Part shown: positions 33,051 through 43,326 of the stretch, one piece after another | Numbering within the stretch: the first letter of the stretch is position 1 | Layout: each line of letters starts with the position of its first letter | NCBI GenBank assembly: GCA_963804165.1 | Contig: CAWDPO010000002.1 | Span: 160,001-224,000 of the forward strand | Reading direction: 5' to 3' | From: an uncultured delta proteobacterium | GTDB taxonomy: Bacteria > Desulfobacterota > Binatia > UBA9968 | Length of the DNA: 64,000 nt | The notes under the pieces: model-generated | Told to the model about the DNA's origin: nothing | Seen by the model: the letters and a program-made list of their open reading frames with translations, nothing else | Databases searched by the model: none | Translations under genes and position numbers: made by a program

Positions 33051-34034
33051 ATGAAAAACTCTTTGCCTGTGCTTTTGTTTTTCGCCGTGCTTGTGGGTTT
33101 ATGCACCTTCGCGTCGAGTTCTGCCGTTGCCCAGGCTCAGCTCGAACGGATCACTATCGGCTATCCGGCTACGGCGATGAGCCACTTCCCGATCTTTGTC
33201 GGACGCGAATTTGGCCAGTTTCGCGAAGAAGGCCTCGACGCTCAACTGGTGCGAATGTCAGGCAATGTCGTCGTCGCTGCGCTGCTTTCCGGCGAGCTCG
33301 GCTACACGACTTCAGCCGATGTGACGATCCGGTCGCCTCTGCAGGGCCTGCCCATCAAAATGCTCGCGGCGATCGGCGTCAAGCCTTCTCTGTCGCTTAT
33401 CGTCCGGCCGGAAATCAAGACAGTCGCCGATCTCAAAGGTAAGGCGATCGCGGTTTCACTGCCGGGCACGACGACGGATTTTACCGCCCGCGAGATCGTC
33501 AAGCATTACGGCCTAAATCCCGAACGAGATATCACTACGTTGGGAATGGGCGATCAGCCGCAGCGTATCGCCGCCATGCAATCCAACGCGGCCGCTGGCG
33601 CCATTGTGACCCCACCCAACGATCTCAAGGCTGAGGCGCTCGGTTTTCGTCTGTTGGTTTTCACCGGAGACTTCATGGAGGACATGGTTCTGGGCGTGCT
33701 CGGCACGAGCGAACGAAGGATCAAAGAGCGGCCTGATCAGGTGAAGAAAATGGTGCGCGCCGTGGTGAAGTCGCTTGTTTATATTCGCCAGCAACCGGAG
33801 CAGGTGACTAATTTTGCCCAGCGTTTTTGGAAGCTAGACCGCAAGCAAGCCGAAAAAAGCTATGACCTTATTGTCAAAACCATGAGCCGCGATGGCAGCG
33901 CCACCGATGCGGCGATGCAAGCGGCGATTCGCCAAGCGAGAGCAACGAGCAAGATAGATAAAGAGCTCACGCCGGCACAGGCGATGGAGTTGAGCTTTCT
34001 TCGAGAAGTTCAACAAGAACTTAAGGTACGCTGA
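33051..34034 (+). CDS. ABC-type solute-binding protein, NMT1/SsuA family
   Basis: Signal peptide; FREEGLD, DLKGKAIAVS, ERPDQVKK. Confidence 0.88.
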   Translation: MKNSLPVLLFFAVLVGLCTFASSSAVAQAQLERITIGYPATAMSHFPIFVGREFGQFREEGLDAQLVRMSGNVVVAALLSGELGYTTSADVTIRSPLQGLPIKMLAAIGVKPSLSLIVRPEIKTVADLKGKAIAVSLPGTTTDFTAREIVKHYGLNPERDITTLGMGDQPQRIAAMQSNAAAGAIVTPPNDLKAEALGFRLLVFTGDFMEDMVLGVLGTSERRIKERPDQVKKMVRAVVKSLVYIRQQPEQVTNFAQRFWKLDRKQAEKSYDLIVKTMSRDGSATDAAMQAAIRQARATSKIDKELTPAQAMELSFLREVQQELKVR

Positions 34035-34078
34035 TCGGCTTGTAAGTATTTGTAATATCTTCTCAAGTCTAATTCACA

Positions 34079-34849
34079 ATGATTCAAGGAATCGATCATC
34101 TCGTGGTGGTTGTCAAAGACCTGGCACAGGCGATGACGGACTACCAACAACTCGGTTTCGCTGTGGTCCCCGGCGGACAACACCCGGTGGGCAGCCACAA
34201 CGCGCTGATTTCGTTTGAAGACGGCTCTTACCTGGAGATCATCGCTTTCTATCGCGAAGCGGTCGATCATCGCTGGTGGGATCCACTCAGTAAAGGCGAA
34301 CGTCTTGTCGACCTTTGTTTTCAAACCGACGATCTGCGCGGTGACACCGACAAATTGCGAGCGGCGGGAGTCGCGATCAACGATCCCGTGCCCTGGTCGC
34401 GCAAGCGTCCGGATGGCTATGAGCTAAGATGGTTGCTCTCCCTCGCCACCGGTAGCCACCGCGGTGTCGCGCCGTTTCTGATCGAGGACGTTACACCTAG
34501 GAGCGAGCGCATCCCGCAGCAGTTTCATCATGACAATTCCGTTTCGGGCATTGAAAAAGTCATTGTCGCCGTTGACGAATTGGCCGCTATTCAAAAGTGG
34601 TATCGTGCGCTGCTCGGTAGCAGCGGTCGAGACATCATGGACAGGGAGCTCGGTGCCGAGGGTTTAGCTTTTTACGCCGGGCCGCATGCAGTGGAATTTC
34701 TCACACCGCGCGACGCGGCCAGCCCATTGGTCGACTGGCTACGCCGGTTCGGGCCGTCGCCCTATTCTGCCGTGCTCAAGAGCAACGGCATTCAGGATAA
34801 GCCGTTGGATATTCGACTAACCCACGGCGCACAATTCATTATCCGATAG
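34079..34849 (+). CDS. VOC family protein (Glyoxalase_3-like)
   Basis: IDHLVVVVKDL, GGQHPVGSHNALI, YLEII, RKRPDG, PFLIED. Confidence 0.88.
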   Translation: MIQGIDHLVVVVKDLAQAMTDYQQLGFAVVPGGQHPVGSHNALISFEDGSYLEIIAFYREAVDHRWWDPLSKGERLVDLCFQTDDLRGDTDKLRAAGVAINDPVPWSRKRPDGYELRWLLSLATGSHRGVAPFLIEDVTPRSERIPQQFHHDNSVSGIEKVIVAVDELAAIQKWYRALLGSSGRDIMDRELGAEGLAFYAGPHAVEFLTPRDAASPLVDWLRRFGPSPYSAVLKSNGIQDKPLDIRLTHGAQFIIR

Positions 34850-34874
34850 GACGAGCTTCGTCACGGAGGGATAG

Positions 34875-35567
34875 ATGACGCTTCAGGAAAAACTTGCGAC
34901 CGCATGCCGGATCCTCGCCATGCAGGGCCACAACGATATGATCTACGGCCATGTCTCGGCGCTCACGGATAATCCGGGACAATACTGGATCAAGGGTTCG
35001 GGCATCGGTCTCGAAGAGGTAACCGAAGACGACCTGGTGCTGATCGATTTTGACGGCAACACGCTCGCCGGCAAGCGCAAACGCCACAATGAATTTCCGA
35101 TCCACAGCGAGGTCTATCGGACCAACCCCGATATTCGCTGCGTGATCCATACGCACCCTACTTATTCGACGATCATCGCTTCATCCGAGCATCGCCTGCT
35201 CCCTATCACTAATTTGAGCTGCGCGTTCTACCCGCCGGCACTGAACAAATTCGAGGAATCTTCCGACCTCATCGTCACGGCGGAGCAAGGCAGTGCCGTG
35301 GCAAAACTATTGGGCGAGCACAAAATCGTGCTGTTGCGCAATCACGGGATCGTGGTCGCCGCCACTTCCATCGAAGAAGCCTGTATTCGCGGCGTTTTGC
35401 TGGAACACAGCGCCAAGACCCAGGTCACGGCGGCATCGATGGGCGCGTTCTCCTGGGCCACCGACGCCGAAGCGTTGATCAAGCGTAAACGAATTTATCG
35501 ACCCGACGCGATGATCAATCTTTGGGAATATTACGTGCGGATGCTACGAAAACACGAAGCGAAGTGA
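34875..35567 (+). CDS. Class II aldolase/adducin family protein
   Basis: GHVSA, EFPIHSEVY, VIHTHP, LLRNHG. Confidence 0.92.
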   Translation: MTLQEKLATACRILAMQGHNDMIYGHVSALTDNPGQYWIKGSGIGLEEVTEDDLVLIDFDGNTLAGKRKRHNEFPIHSEVYRTNPDIRCVIHTHPTYSTIIASSEHRLLPITNLSCAFYPPALNKFEESSDLIVTAEQGSAVAKLLGEHKIVLLRNHGIVVAATSIEEACIRGVLLEHSAKTQVTAASMGAFSWATDAEALIKRKRIYRPDAMINLWEYYVRMLRKHEAK

Positions 35568-35569
35568 CT

Positions 35570-35640
35570 GTTCAAGGTTCCAAGTTCAAGGTTCAACGTC
35601 CGATCAATAACTTTGAACTTTTGAACCTTGAACGTTGAAC
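35570..35640. repeat. Inverted 7-mer arrays (GTTCAAG)n...(CTTGAAC)n forming a hairpin between convergent genes
   Basis: Four units per arm. Confidence 0.85.
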
Positions 35641-35646
35641 CGCTTC

Positions 35647-36834
35647 TTAGCGGTGCATCGCCACGAACGCAAATACCTTCGCTGCGTTAAAAACATTATT
35701 CAGCGCCACCAGATCGTGGTCGGTGTGCTGGAAACGGATATCGCGCGCGCCGTAGTTGATCGATTGAATGCCTCTGAAATTAAACAACCCGGTATCGTTC
35801 GCCGCCGTGGAAAAACTAAACTGGGGCTCGTAACCGAGCATCGTGCGAATGCCGTGCTCCAAAGCCTGGGTCACCTCGGCATCCTTGTTCACTTCGCTCG
35901 GATACATGAAGTCGCGCGGCGCGACTTCAATCTCGAACGGCTCAATTTCACCGATGGCGTCTTTCATCTGTTGGATCGCCTTGGCCGGATCGTCGCCGGG
36001 CAGCAAACGGCGGTCGAACATGATGCGGCACTCCCCCTGGATCGTATGCGTGGCCTTGGGAAAACTTTCGATGGCGTTGGCCGCAAGGCTGACTTTTCCC
36101 AGCTCGGCGTGAGTTCTTTCCTCGGGGAAAGGCATCAATGGTTTTAATCTTTCCAAAACCTTCATCGCGCCGTCGATGGCGTTGATGCCGTCCCAGGGCC
36201 GGCTGCTGTGCGCCTGCTTGCCGCGCACGGTCACGAGCACGTCGACGCGCCCTTTGTTGCCGAGCTGAATCTGCGGTGGACCGTCGATGACGCACCAGTC
36301 CGCTTCGACGCCGCCGTGGTCGAGCACGTAGGCCAATGAGTCATGCCGGCCGGTTTCCCCGGCCGTGCTGACGACAAAATATAAATCGCTCGGCAATTCC
36401 AGCTTGCTCGCGCCGATGAATTTGATCGCCGCCATCATCGCCGCCAGACTGCCCTTCTGTTCGCAGGCGCCGCGGCCCCACACGCATTCGCCGTCGAGCT
36501 TGTACGGCGCGCCGTCGACGATCGCGCCGGAATACGGATTCTGCATCGTGCTCGGCGCCGCGCACATGGCATAGCCGACGAGCATCAATCGGTCGCGGTG
36601 GGTTCGCCCTGTCAGGTGCAGAATCAGGTTCCCCATCTTGTCGATCCCCGGCTTGAGACCCGACTGTTCCAACTCTGGCTTGATCAGCTCGCGGATAAGC
36701 GCGAGAACCTGCGGTTCGGCTTCGAGCCGTTCCGTCTGCGGGCTGGCGTGCTGAACCAGCTTGACCGTCAACCGTTTGACCTCGTCGTAAGAGAGGTTTT
36801 TCTCGATCAGTTTCTTAGCAGTTCCTGCATCCAT
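35647..36834 (-). CDS. M20/ArgE/DapE family metallopeptidase-like protein
   Basis: GRGACEQKG, AGETG, GKQAHSSRPWDGINAI, DRRLLPG, QHTDHD; several canonical metal ligands look substituted. Confidence 0.82.
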   Translation of the reverse strand: MDAGTAKKLIEKNLSYDEVKRLTVKLVQHASPQTERLEAEPQVLALIRELIKPELEQSGLKPGIDKMGNLILHLTGRTHRDRLMLVGYAMCAAPSTMQNPYSGAIVDGAPYKLDGECVWGRGACEQKGSLAAMMAAIKFIGASKLELPSDLYFVVSTAGETGRHDSLAYVLDHGGVEADWCVIDGPPQIQLGNKGRVDVLVTVRGKQAHSSRPWDGINAIDGAMKVLERLKPLMPFPEERTHAELGKVSLAANAIESFPKATHTIQGECRIMFDRRLLPGDDPAKAIQQMKDAIGEIEPFEIEVAPRDFMYPSEVNKDAEVTQALEHGIRTMLGYEPQFSFSTAANDTGLFNFRGIQSINYGARDIRFQHTDHDLVALNNVFNAAKVFAFVAMHR

Positions 36835-36870
36835 CTTACTCGCGCCTCATGCCTGTTGCCTCAAGCCTTT

Positions 36871-38643
36871 TCAATGTCCCTCGATCTCGCCGCCCACTTG
36901 GCCGATCCTCCGCGCGATCACGATCAACGTGATACAAATCAAGCTGACGATCAATGCCAGGGAACACATCGGACCCAAGTTGCCGTCCACGTAGAAATGA
37001 TAGAGCAACGGGCCCAGCGGCTCGGAGCCGGGCGAATAAAGAAAGATCGAAGTGCTGAACTCGCGGAGATAAATCGTCGCGAGGATAATCCAACCGGCGA
37101 GGAATCCGGGCCGGAGCAGCGGCAACAGCACGCGCCAAAAAGTAGTACGGAAGCTGGCGCCGCAGACCAGCGAGGCTTCCTGCAAGTCATTGTGGATCTG
37201 CACCACGGTGCTGGTCATGGTGCGCAGTCCGTAAGGCAGAAATCGAGTAATATAACCGATGAGCAGAATCCACAAAGTGCCGTAGATCGGCAACGGCACG
37301 TAGACGTAGGTCCATAGCAGACCGATCGCGAGAGCAGTGCCGGGGAAGGCCCAGGGAATGAATGTCAACGCTTCGATGATTCCGCGCCCTCGCCCCTTCG
37401 TCTTGGTCGTGACCCAGGCGGTCACGGCCGCCAAGAACATGCAGAGCGTCGCCCCCACCACGGCCAGGAAGAGGCTGTTTTTTAGCGCACGGTAGGTTCG
37501 CGTGTCGGTAAGGTTCGTGTGGTAATGCTCCCAGGTTAACAATCCCCAAGTCTTCGGTCCCGGCACGTGAACGTAGCTCACGACGGACACGTAGATGAGA
37601 ACGAGAAAGGGCAAAACCACGATCAATATGAGGATCAGTCCGGCAATCCCGGAAGCCAGATAACGCCATTTGCCGAGATCGATGATGGTCGGGCGGTAGC
37701 CGCGGCCGGTCACCGTCACATAGCGTTCCGAACGTGCGGTCAAACGGCGGTAAAAATAGACAAAAAGCATGGTGATCAGCAGAAGCGAAACACCGTAGGT
37801 CGCCGCGAGATTTTGATTGGGCGGAAAAGCGCCGATCGCTTCGCGGTAAATTTTCGTGGTAAACACCTCGATTCGCGCCGGCAGGGCGATGATCGCCGGA
37901 GTGTCGAAGCTCTCTATGGCACGGACGAAGTTTAGCATCGCCGCGGCCAGCAACGCCGGCCGGATAATTGGAAAGGTAATGTGCCACGCTATCTGAGCGT
38001 TGTTCGAGCCCGCCACGCGCGCCGATTCCTCGAGCGATGGGTCCATGGAGTAGAGCGACGCCGACACGATCAAAAAAGCCAAGGGCGTGGTAATCAATGC
38101 CTCGACAAAGATCATTCCCCCGATCGAGTAGATGTTCAGCGGCGCGTTGTCCAAGCCGAAGACTTCCATCAACAGACGGTTGATGAGCCCGGTGCGCGGG
38201 CTCAAGAGAACAGTCCACGACACCGCCAGCATCACCGGCGGAAAAATATTCGGGATGATCGCCGTCAATTCGAAAAATTTTCTGAACGGCGCATTGGTCC
38301 GGATCGCAATCCACGCCAGAGTCGCTGCCAGTGCAGTCGCCAATAGCGCCGAACCGGTGGCAAATATAAATGAATTGAAAAGCAGCTGGTAAGTGAGCGG
38401 ATCGCTGTAAGCCGTCACATAATGAGCCAGCGTGAAGTCTCCCGCCACTCCCAGCGGCTTACTCAAGAAGCTGCCATAGAAGAGCATCAGCGTCGGCGAA
38501 AGACTGAGAAAGGCGATGATCACGCCGACGACCAGAACCACCGAGAGCTGCGGATTCTGCCGAAACGCGCGCAGCGGTCGATCGAAAAGGCCGGTGGCAA
38601 GCGCTACGTCGTTGGTGAGCGTCGTGTTTTTCACGGGGGTCAC
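36871..38643 (-). CDS. ABC transporter permease, FbpB/ThiP type (two fused TM domains)
   Basis: Two EAA-like loops (LEESARVAG, LQEASLVCGA). Confidence 0.92.
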   Translation of the reverse strand: MTPVKNTTLTNDVALATGLFDRPLRAFRQNPQLSVVLVVGVIIAFLSLSPTLMLFYGSFLSKPLGVAGDFTLAHYVTAYSDPLTYQLLFNSFIFATGSALLATALAATLAWIAIRTNAPFRKFFELTAIIPNIFPPVMLAVSWTVLLSPRTGLINRLLMEVFGLDNAPLNIYSIGGMIFVEALITTPLAFLIVSASLYSMDPSLEESARVAGSNNAQIAWHITFPIIRPALLAAAMLNFVRAIESFDTPAIIALPARIEVFTTKIYREAIGAFPPNQNLAATYGVSLLLITMLFVYFYRRLTARSERYVTVTGRGYRPTIIDLGKWRYLASGIAGLILILIVVLPFLVLIYVSVVSYVHVPGPKTWGLLTWEHYHTNLTDTRTYRALKNSLFLAVVGATLCMFLAAVTAWVTTKTKGRGRGIIEALTFIPWAFPGTALAIGLLWTYVYVPLPIYGTLWILLIGYITRFLPYGLRTMTSTVVQIHNDLQEASLVCGASFRTTFWRVLLPLLRPGFLAGWIILATIYLREFSTSIFLYSPGSEPLGPLLYHFYVDGNLGPMCSLALIVSLICITLIVIARRIGQVGGEIEGH

Positions 38644-38731
38644 AGAAATACAAAGAGGACCGACCTTGCGCGGCCAACGCGCTGGCCAGTCCTCTTTTGG
38701 GGAAATCGAGTCAGAGCGATCCCGCCGGCAG

Positions 38732-39754
38732 CTATTTGCTGAAGAAGATTTCCCGGAAGGTATTGCTCATCAGCTTCTTGAACTCATCCTCAGACGGATT
38801 ATCCATGAAAATCATATTAGGAGCGACTTTCTCGGCGTCATTGATCGGCGGAAAGATTCCCGGATACATGACGAACTCGCCCTCTTCGGCGACCAGCTTT
38901 TGGCCCTCCGCCGAGCATATATACTCAAGATAGAGCTTCGCCGCGTTTGGGCGAGATGCCTTGGCGCCGACGCTCATATAGTTCGGGTCGGTCAAATATT
39001 TGTCCATCAGAACGTAACTCACCGGGCCTTTGTACTGTTTGACGTATTTGATGTAGGTGATGCCCACCGGCGCTTCGCCCTTGATAACCGTAGTTGTCAC
39101 CGGCGCCAAGGATTCAACCAGCAGCGGCTTTTGCTTGGCCAGCGCTTTGACGAAATCCAGCCATTTATCGCCCTTGAATTTGCTCAGATTCCAGAGAAAC
39201 TGAGCCGTGGTGGTATGGCGCGTGGGATCGGGCATGGTTATTTTGCCGGACCATTTGGGATTCAAAAGATCGTCGAACGTTTTCGGAAGTTCGCCCGACT
39301 TGACCATATCGGTATTGTACAGGATGCTGATCGGCAGCACCCGCCAGGGAGTGATCATGCCGTCTTTTTCCTTAAACTGGTCCGGGAACTTCGCAGACGA
39401 CGGCGGAATAAATTTCTGAAATAGCCCGTCATCGCGCATGATCAGCTGAACGCCGCGATTGCCTTCGATGACGTCGAAGCCGGGTTTGCCGGCGCGCCAT
39501 TCGGTCAGCGCACGCTCGGAAACCTGGGTCGACGAACCGCGCCAATACTCGACCGGAATGCCGTATTTCTTTTCAAACGCCGCATGTAGCGGTTTCATCG
39601 CCTGAGGCACCTGAGCCCCATAGACAATGACTTTGCCTTCCTGTTTCGCCGCGTCAACGTTAATGGCTTGAGCCGATAGATTACTGCGTGCTGCCGCGCC
39701 CACCGCAGCGACCACCGCCAAAACTGTGAACCAATAATTCACTTTTTGCCGCAC
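38732..39754 (-). CDS. Extracellular solute-binding protein (FbpA/AfuA-like)
   Basis: AAKQEGKVIVY, ILYNT, DLLNPKW, PNAAKLYLEY, SAEGQ. Confidence 0.88.
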   Translation of the reverse strand: MRQKVNYWFTVLAVVAAVGAAARSNLSAQAINVDAAKQEGKVIVYGAQVPQAMKPLHAAFEKKYGIPVEYWRGSSTQVSERALTEWRAGKPGFDVIEGNRGVQLIMRDDGLFQKFIPPSSAKFPDQFKEKDGMITPWRVLPISILYNTDMVKSGELPKTFDDLLNPKWSGKITMPDPTRHTTTAQFLWNLSKFKGDKWLDFVKALAKQKPLLVESLAPVTTTVIKGEAPVGITYIKYVKQYKGPVSYVLMDKYLTDPNYMSVGAKASRPNAAKLYLEYICSAEGQKLVAEEGEFVMYPGIFPPINDAEKVAPNMIFMDNPSEDEFKKLMSNTFREIFFSK

Positions 39755-39838
39755 AAGTCCTCCTTTTGGTTTCGAGCCGGGTCAAAGGTATAAATTGAAC
39801 CGGTTGAAGTCAAGATCGTGTCAAAGCGTTTATCTCGG

Positions 39839-40855
39839 CTATTTTTTTAGGAAAAGCTGGCGAAACTCGCTTTGCAGCTTAGCCAGTTGATCGCCGCTGG
39901 CATCCTTCATCAGCAATAGACTACTGATAATTTTGTCGGCGCCCTGGATGTTCGGATAGATACCGGGAGCGAGAACGAATTCGCCGGTATCCGCCACTTT
40001 TTTCTGCCCTTCCGCCGAACAGAGATACTCGATAAACAACTTGCCCGCGTTCACATTGGGCGCTTTCGCGCTCAGTGCCGCGTCGCTCGGATCGGCGAAG
40101 ACTTTATCGATGGGCGCGAAGCTGATCGGGCCCTTAGTTTGTCCGGCGTATTGCACATAGGTGATGCCGACGGCGCTCTCGCCGCGGACGATGGCGTTGG
40201 GCACGGACGAATAGGATTCAACTAAATGAGGCTTCTGCTTGGCCAATCCGCGCACGAAATCCATCCACTTGTCACCCTTGAGCTGCTCCATGTTCCATAG
40301 GAATTGCGCCGTGCTGGCGTGGCGCGACGGATCCGGCATGCTGATCTTGTCCTGCCATTTGCCATCCAGAAGATCGTCAAAGGATTTCGGCACGTCCGCG
40401 CCCTTGACCAACTCGGTATTATAGAGAATGCCGACGGGCGTAACCCGCATCGCCGTGAGTTGCCCGTCGCTGTCTTTGAATTTCGCGGGAAAGCTACTGG
40501 CCGCCGCCGGCGAATATTTAGCATACACACCTTCCGGTTTCGCCAGTGCCAACGGGCCTCTCGCGCCAATCACCACGTCGAAGTTCGGCTTGCCCGCGCG
40601 CCACTCGGTGAGCACTCGGTCGATCACTTTGGTCGCGTCGCCGCGCCAGTACTCGGTCTTGATTCCGTACCGGGCTTCGAAGCCCTTTTGAATCAACGTC
40701 ATCACTTGCGGCACGATGGTGCCGTAGATCACGACTTTGCCTTCCTTCTTGGCGGCCTCGAGGTTGATGTTCTGCGCGCGCAGCGCTCCAGGCAAGGTTA
40801 GCGCTGCGACAATCGCGACGGCCGGCAAGAACGGATGTAAACGGATCGGTGACAT
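39839..40855 (-). CDS. Extracellular solute-binding protein (FbpA/AfuA-like), paralog of the adjacent gene
   Basis: AAKKEGKVVIY, TEWRAGKP, ILYNT, SAEGQ. Confidence 0.88.
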   Translation of the reverse strand: MSPIRLHPFLPAVAIVAALTLPGALRAQNINLEAAKKEGKVVIYGTIVPQVMTLIQKGFEARYGIKTEYWRGDATKVIDRVLTEWRAGKPNFDVVIGARGPLALAKPEGVYAKYSPAAASSFPAKFKDSDGQLTAMRVTPVGILYNTELVKGADVPKSFDDLLDGKWQDKISMPDPSRHASTAQFLWNMEQLKGDKWMDFVRGLAKQKPHLVESYSSVPNAIVRGESAVGITYVQYAGQTKGPISFAPIDKVFADPSDAALSAKAPNVNAGKLFIEYLCSAEGQKKVADTGEFVLAPGIYPNIQGADKIISSLLLMKDASGDQLAKLQSEFRQLFLKK

Positions 40856-40870
40856 GGACGAACCTCCTTG

Positions 40871-40930
40871 GTAGGGGCGACCCTATGTGGTCGCCCGTCC
40901 GAAAGGGCAGACACGCAGGTCTGCCCCTAC
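40871..40930. repeat. GTAG-family REP pair (REPIN-like)
   Basis: GTAGGGGCGACCCTATGTGGTCGCCC...GGGCAGACACGCAGGTCTGCCCCTAC. Confidence 0.85.
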
Positions 40931-40976
40931 ATGAACAAACGTGGAATTCAAATTGAACCGCGGCGCAATCCCAACC

Positions 40977-41960
40977 CTAACCCACCATTTCTCGAACCAT
41001 GCGCAGGACCTGCATCCGCGCTTGCTGGGTTCCCATCGGCAAGACAACCGGCAACTGGAGTCCCCCGCCAACGAACGACTCGAGCTGCTTGCGGCAATCG
41101 TTCGGTGTGCCGGCGACAGAGTGCGCGAAAACGACCTCGTCGCTAATGAATTTCTTAGCCGCTTCCCAATCGCGCTTGCTCACCGCCGCCGCCAATCCCT
41201 CCTGGTCGATCATGGCGCCGCCCAGGCGAATGTTTTCCGTATGGTGCGTATTGCGAAAGATATATGCGAGAAACATCTTGTTCGCTTCGATCGCTGCGCG
41301 CGCATCGTCGGCCACTGACGCGGTTACGAAGCCGGCAACGTCGATGTCCTTGAGAGCCTTGCCGGACCTCTGTGCGCCGTGTTCGATTTCGCCCACACAT
41401 TTTTGAATATAGCCCGGCGCGCATCCCGCCGACAGCAAAACGCCGTCGCCGATCTCGCCGCCGAGCTGCAGCATGCGCGCGCGCACGGCGGTGATGTACA
41501 TGGCAATTGGCGCTGCGGGCATAAAACCCATTTTCGCGCCATTGATTTGAAACATCTTGCCTTGAAAACTGACCGTTTCGCCCTTGAGAAGCCGGCGCAA
41601 GATCTCGACGTATTCGCGCATGGTCTGGAGCGGATGCGGCGATTCGATGCCGGCTTCCTTCAACGCCGCTGCGTTGCCCGTGCCCGGGCTGGCGATCACC
41701 CGTCCCGGCGCGAACTCATCCATTGTCGCAATCGACATCGCCGAAATGATCGGCGTGCGCGAGTATGGGCTCATGGGCGCCGGCGCGACTTTGATTTTCT
41801 TTGTCGAAGCGAGCAACGCCATCGACGTCGTTAGCGAGTCGCGAAAGCAAAGATGATCCGACATCCAGATCGACTCCATGCCAATCTCATCCGCCAGCAG
41901 AGCGAGCTCGATCATCTCTTGAATCGAATAGAATCCGTCAAAACAAAGTCCAACACGCAT
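40977..41960 (-). CDS. LLM-class flavin/F420-dependent oxidoreductase
   Basis: SIWMSDH, ATMDEFAPGR, GEIGDGVLL, VAGTP. Confidence 0.88.
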   Translation of the reverse strand: MRVGLCFDGFYSIQEMIELALLADEIGMESIWMSDHLCFRDSLTTSMALLASTKKIKVAPAPMSPYSRTPIISAMSIATMDEFAPGRVIASPGTGNAAALKEAGIESPHPLQTMREYVEILRRLLKGETVSFQGKMFQINGAKMGFMPAAPIAMYITAVRARMLQLGGEIGDGVLLSAGCAPGYIQKCVGEIEHGAQRSGKALKDIDVAGFVTASVADDARAAIEANKMFLAYIFRNTHHTENIRLGGAMIDQEGLAAAVSKRDWEAAKKFISDEVVFAHSVAGTPNDCRKQLESFVGGGLQLPVVLPMGTQQARMQVLRMVREMVG

Positions 41961-42035
41961 GACCCAACTCCTAATGTCCGCTAATGCGTCGAGCGACAAC
42001 TGTTGGAAATGCCCCCATCATCTTATCGTCTTCTC

Positions 42036-42149
42036 CATGTCATCCTGAGCCAGAGGCGAAGGATCTGATTTTGTCTAGTCGCACGCCTAGTCGGTGTTGT
42101 TGTTTTTGGAAACGAGATTCTTCGTCGCCTGGCTCCTCAGAATGACATG
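42036..42149. repeat. GTCATYCTGAG-type REP-like palindrome pair
   Basis: CATGTCATCCTGAGCCAGAGGCGAAGGATCT...AGATTCTTCGTCGCCTGGCTCCTCAGAATGACATG. Confidence 0.75.
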
Positions 42150-42176
42150 CCCTGTTACTCGAATTTCCCGCAGAAC

Positions 42177-43283
42177 CTAAAATCCGTTCTCAAGAACCCC
42201 CGGCAGCTTTTGCGGGGGAACCCCCGCCAACCCCATTTTCCCCAGCGTCAACCCTTCGCTCCGAAAATCGACACCGAGCCCTGTGGATGCAAGGGTGATC
42301 AACGCATCCATCACCGGCGTTCGCACCCCCAACAATCTGCCGATCTCCGCCATCGGTACGAGCCCGTAACCGACATCTTCTCTAATATATCGGTGATCGA
42401 GGGACGGCGGCGATTTGATCGTGAAATTTGGCTCGCTCTCATGAATCGCCCGGTAGGCCGAGCCTGAGTCTCGCGCTTCGGTCGTGGTCAGGCCGGCTTG
42501 ATGAAAAATATCGACGAAACGTAAAGGTCTGAGACCGAGCGAACGCACAATCGCCAAACGTTCTTTGTCGACTTCGTCGATCCATGCGCCGATTGCCGGC
42601 GTGATTCCCTCACGGTAATAGAGAAAATCGCCGCCGCTATTTTCGATCCAACCCGCGTTGCCGAGCATGCCCGCGGGATGCATCATCGCGTTGATATTCG
42701 AGAAGCCCGTCTCGAGCACATTTTCCGCGGCGACAATGTTTGGAAACACTTCTTGGATCTCTTTGACAAGCTCACCCGTGATTCTCGCGGGAAAGCCGGC
42801 GCAGCGCAGGTTGGTCGTACGCCGGTAAATCTCCACGCTCCCCGGCTCGCGCATGCGACAGATGTACGTGAGCGTCACCGTTTCGCAAAGCCGGATCTTG
42901 GCTTCGCAACCGAACGCTCGCAGTAAGTTGGCGAAGTGAAGCGAACCGCCGGTGTGGCCGGGGTTGAGCAGAATCATTTGGCCGTCGCTGAGATGCTTGG
43001 CCAGACCTTTGGCGAGGTATTCATGAGCGACCGCGGGTGATGCGACAATGATCAAATCGGCGTCGGCGATGGCCGGCGGCAGATGCGGGCTCATGAAGTA
43101 CGGCGTGGCTGACTTTGTGACTCCGTTTTCAACCAGTTCGATTTCACCGCGCTTGGCGAGCTTCGCGATCGTACTCTCGGAACGGGAAAACAACCGTACT
43201 TCATAGCCCCGCAGAGTTAGATCCGCAGCAACGGCGCATCCGCCGTTGCCGGCGCCCAACACTGCAATCTTTTTAATGGCCAT
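42177..43283 (-). CDS. NAD/NADP octopine/opine dehydrogenase family protein
   Basis: VLGAGNGG, LNPGHTGG, NINAMMHP, HRYIREDVGYGLVP. Confidence 0.9.
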   Translation of the reverse strand: MAIKKIAVLGAGNGGCAVAADLTLRGYEVRLFSRSESTIAKLAKRGEIELVENGVTKSATPYFMSPHLPPAIADADLIIVASPAVAHEYLAKGLAKHLSDGQMILLNPGHTGGSLHFANLLRAFGCEAKIRLCETVTLTYICRMREPGSVEIYRRTTNLRCAGFPARITGELVKEIQEVFPNIVAAENVLETGFSNINAMMHPAGMLGNAGWIENSGGDFLYYREGITPAIGAWIDEVDKERLAIVRSLGLRPLRFVDIFHQAGLTTTEARDSGSAYRAIHESEPNFTIKSPPSLDHRYIREDVGYGLVPMAEIGRLLGVRTPVMDALITLASTGLGVDFRSEGLTLGKMGLAGVPPQKLPGVLENGF

Positions 43284-43326
43284 GGAAATCCGAAACGCCG
43301 GGCGCAATGAATTGCGCCCGATGATC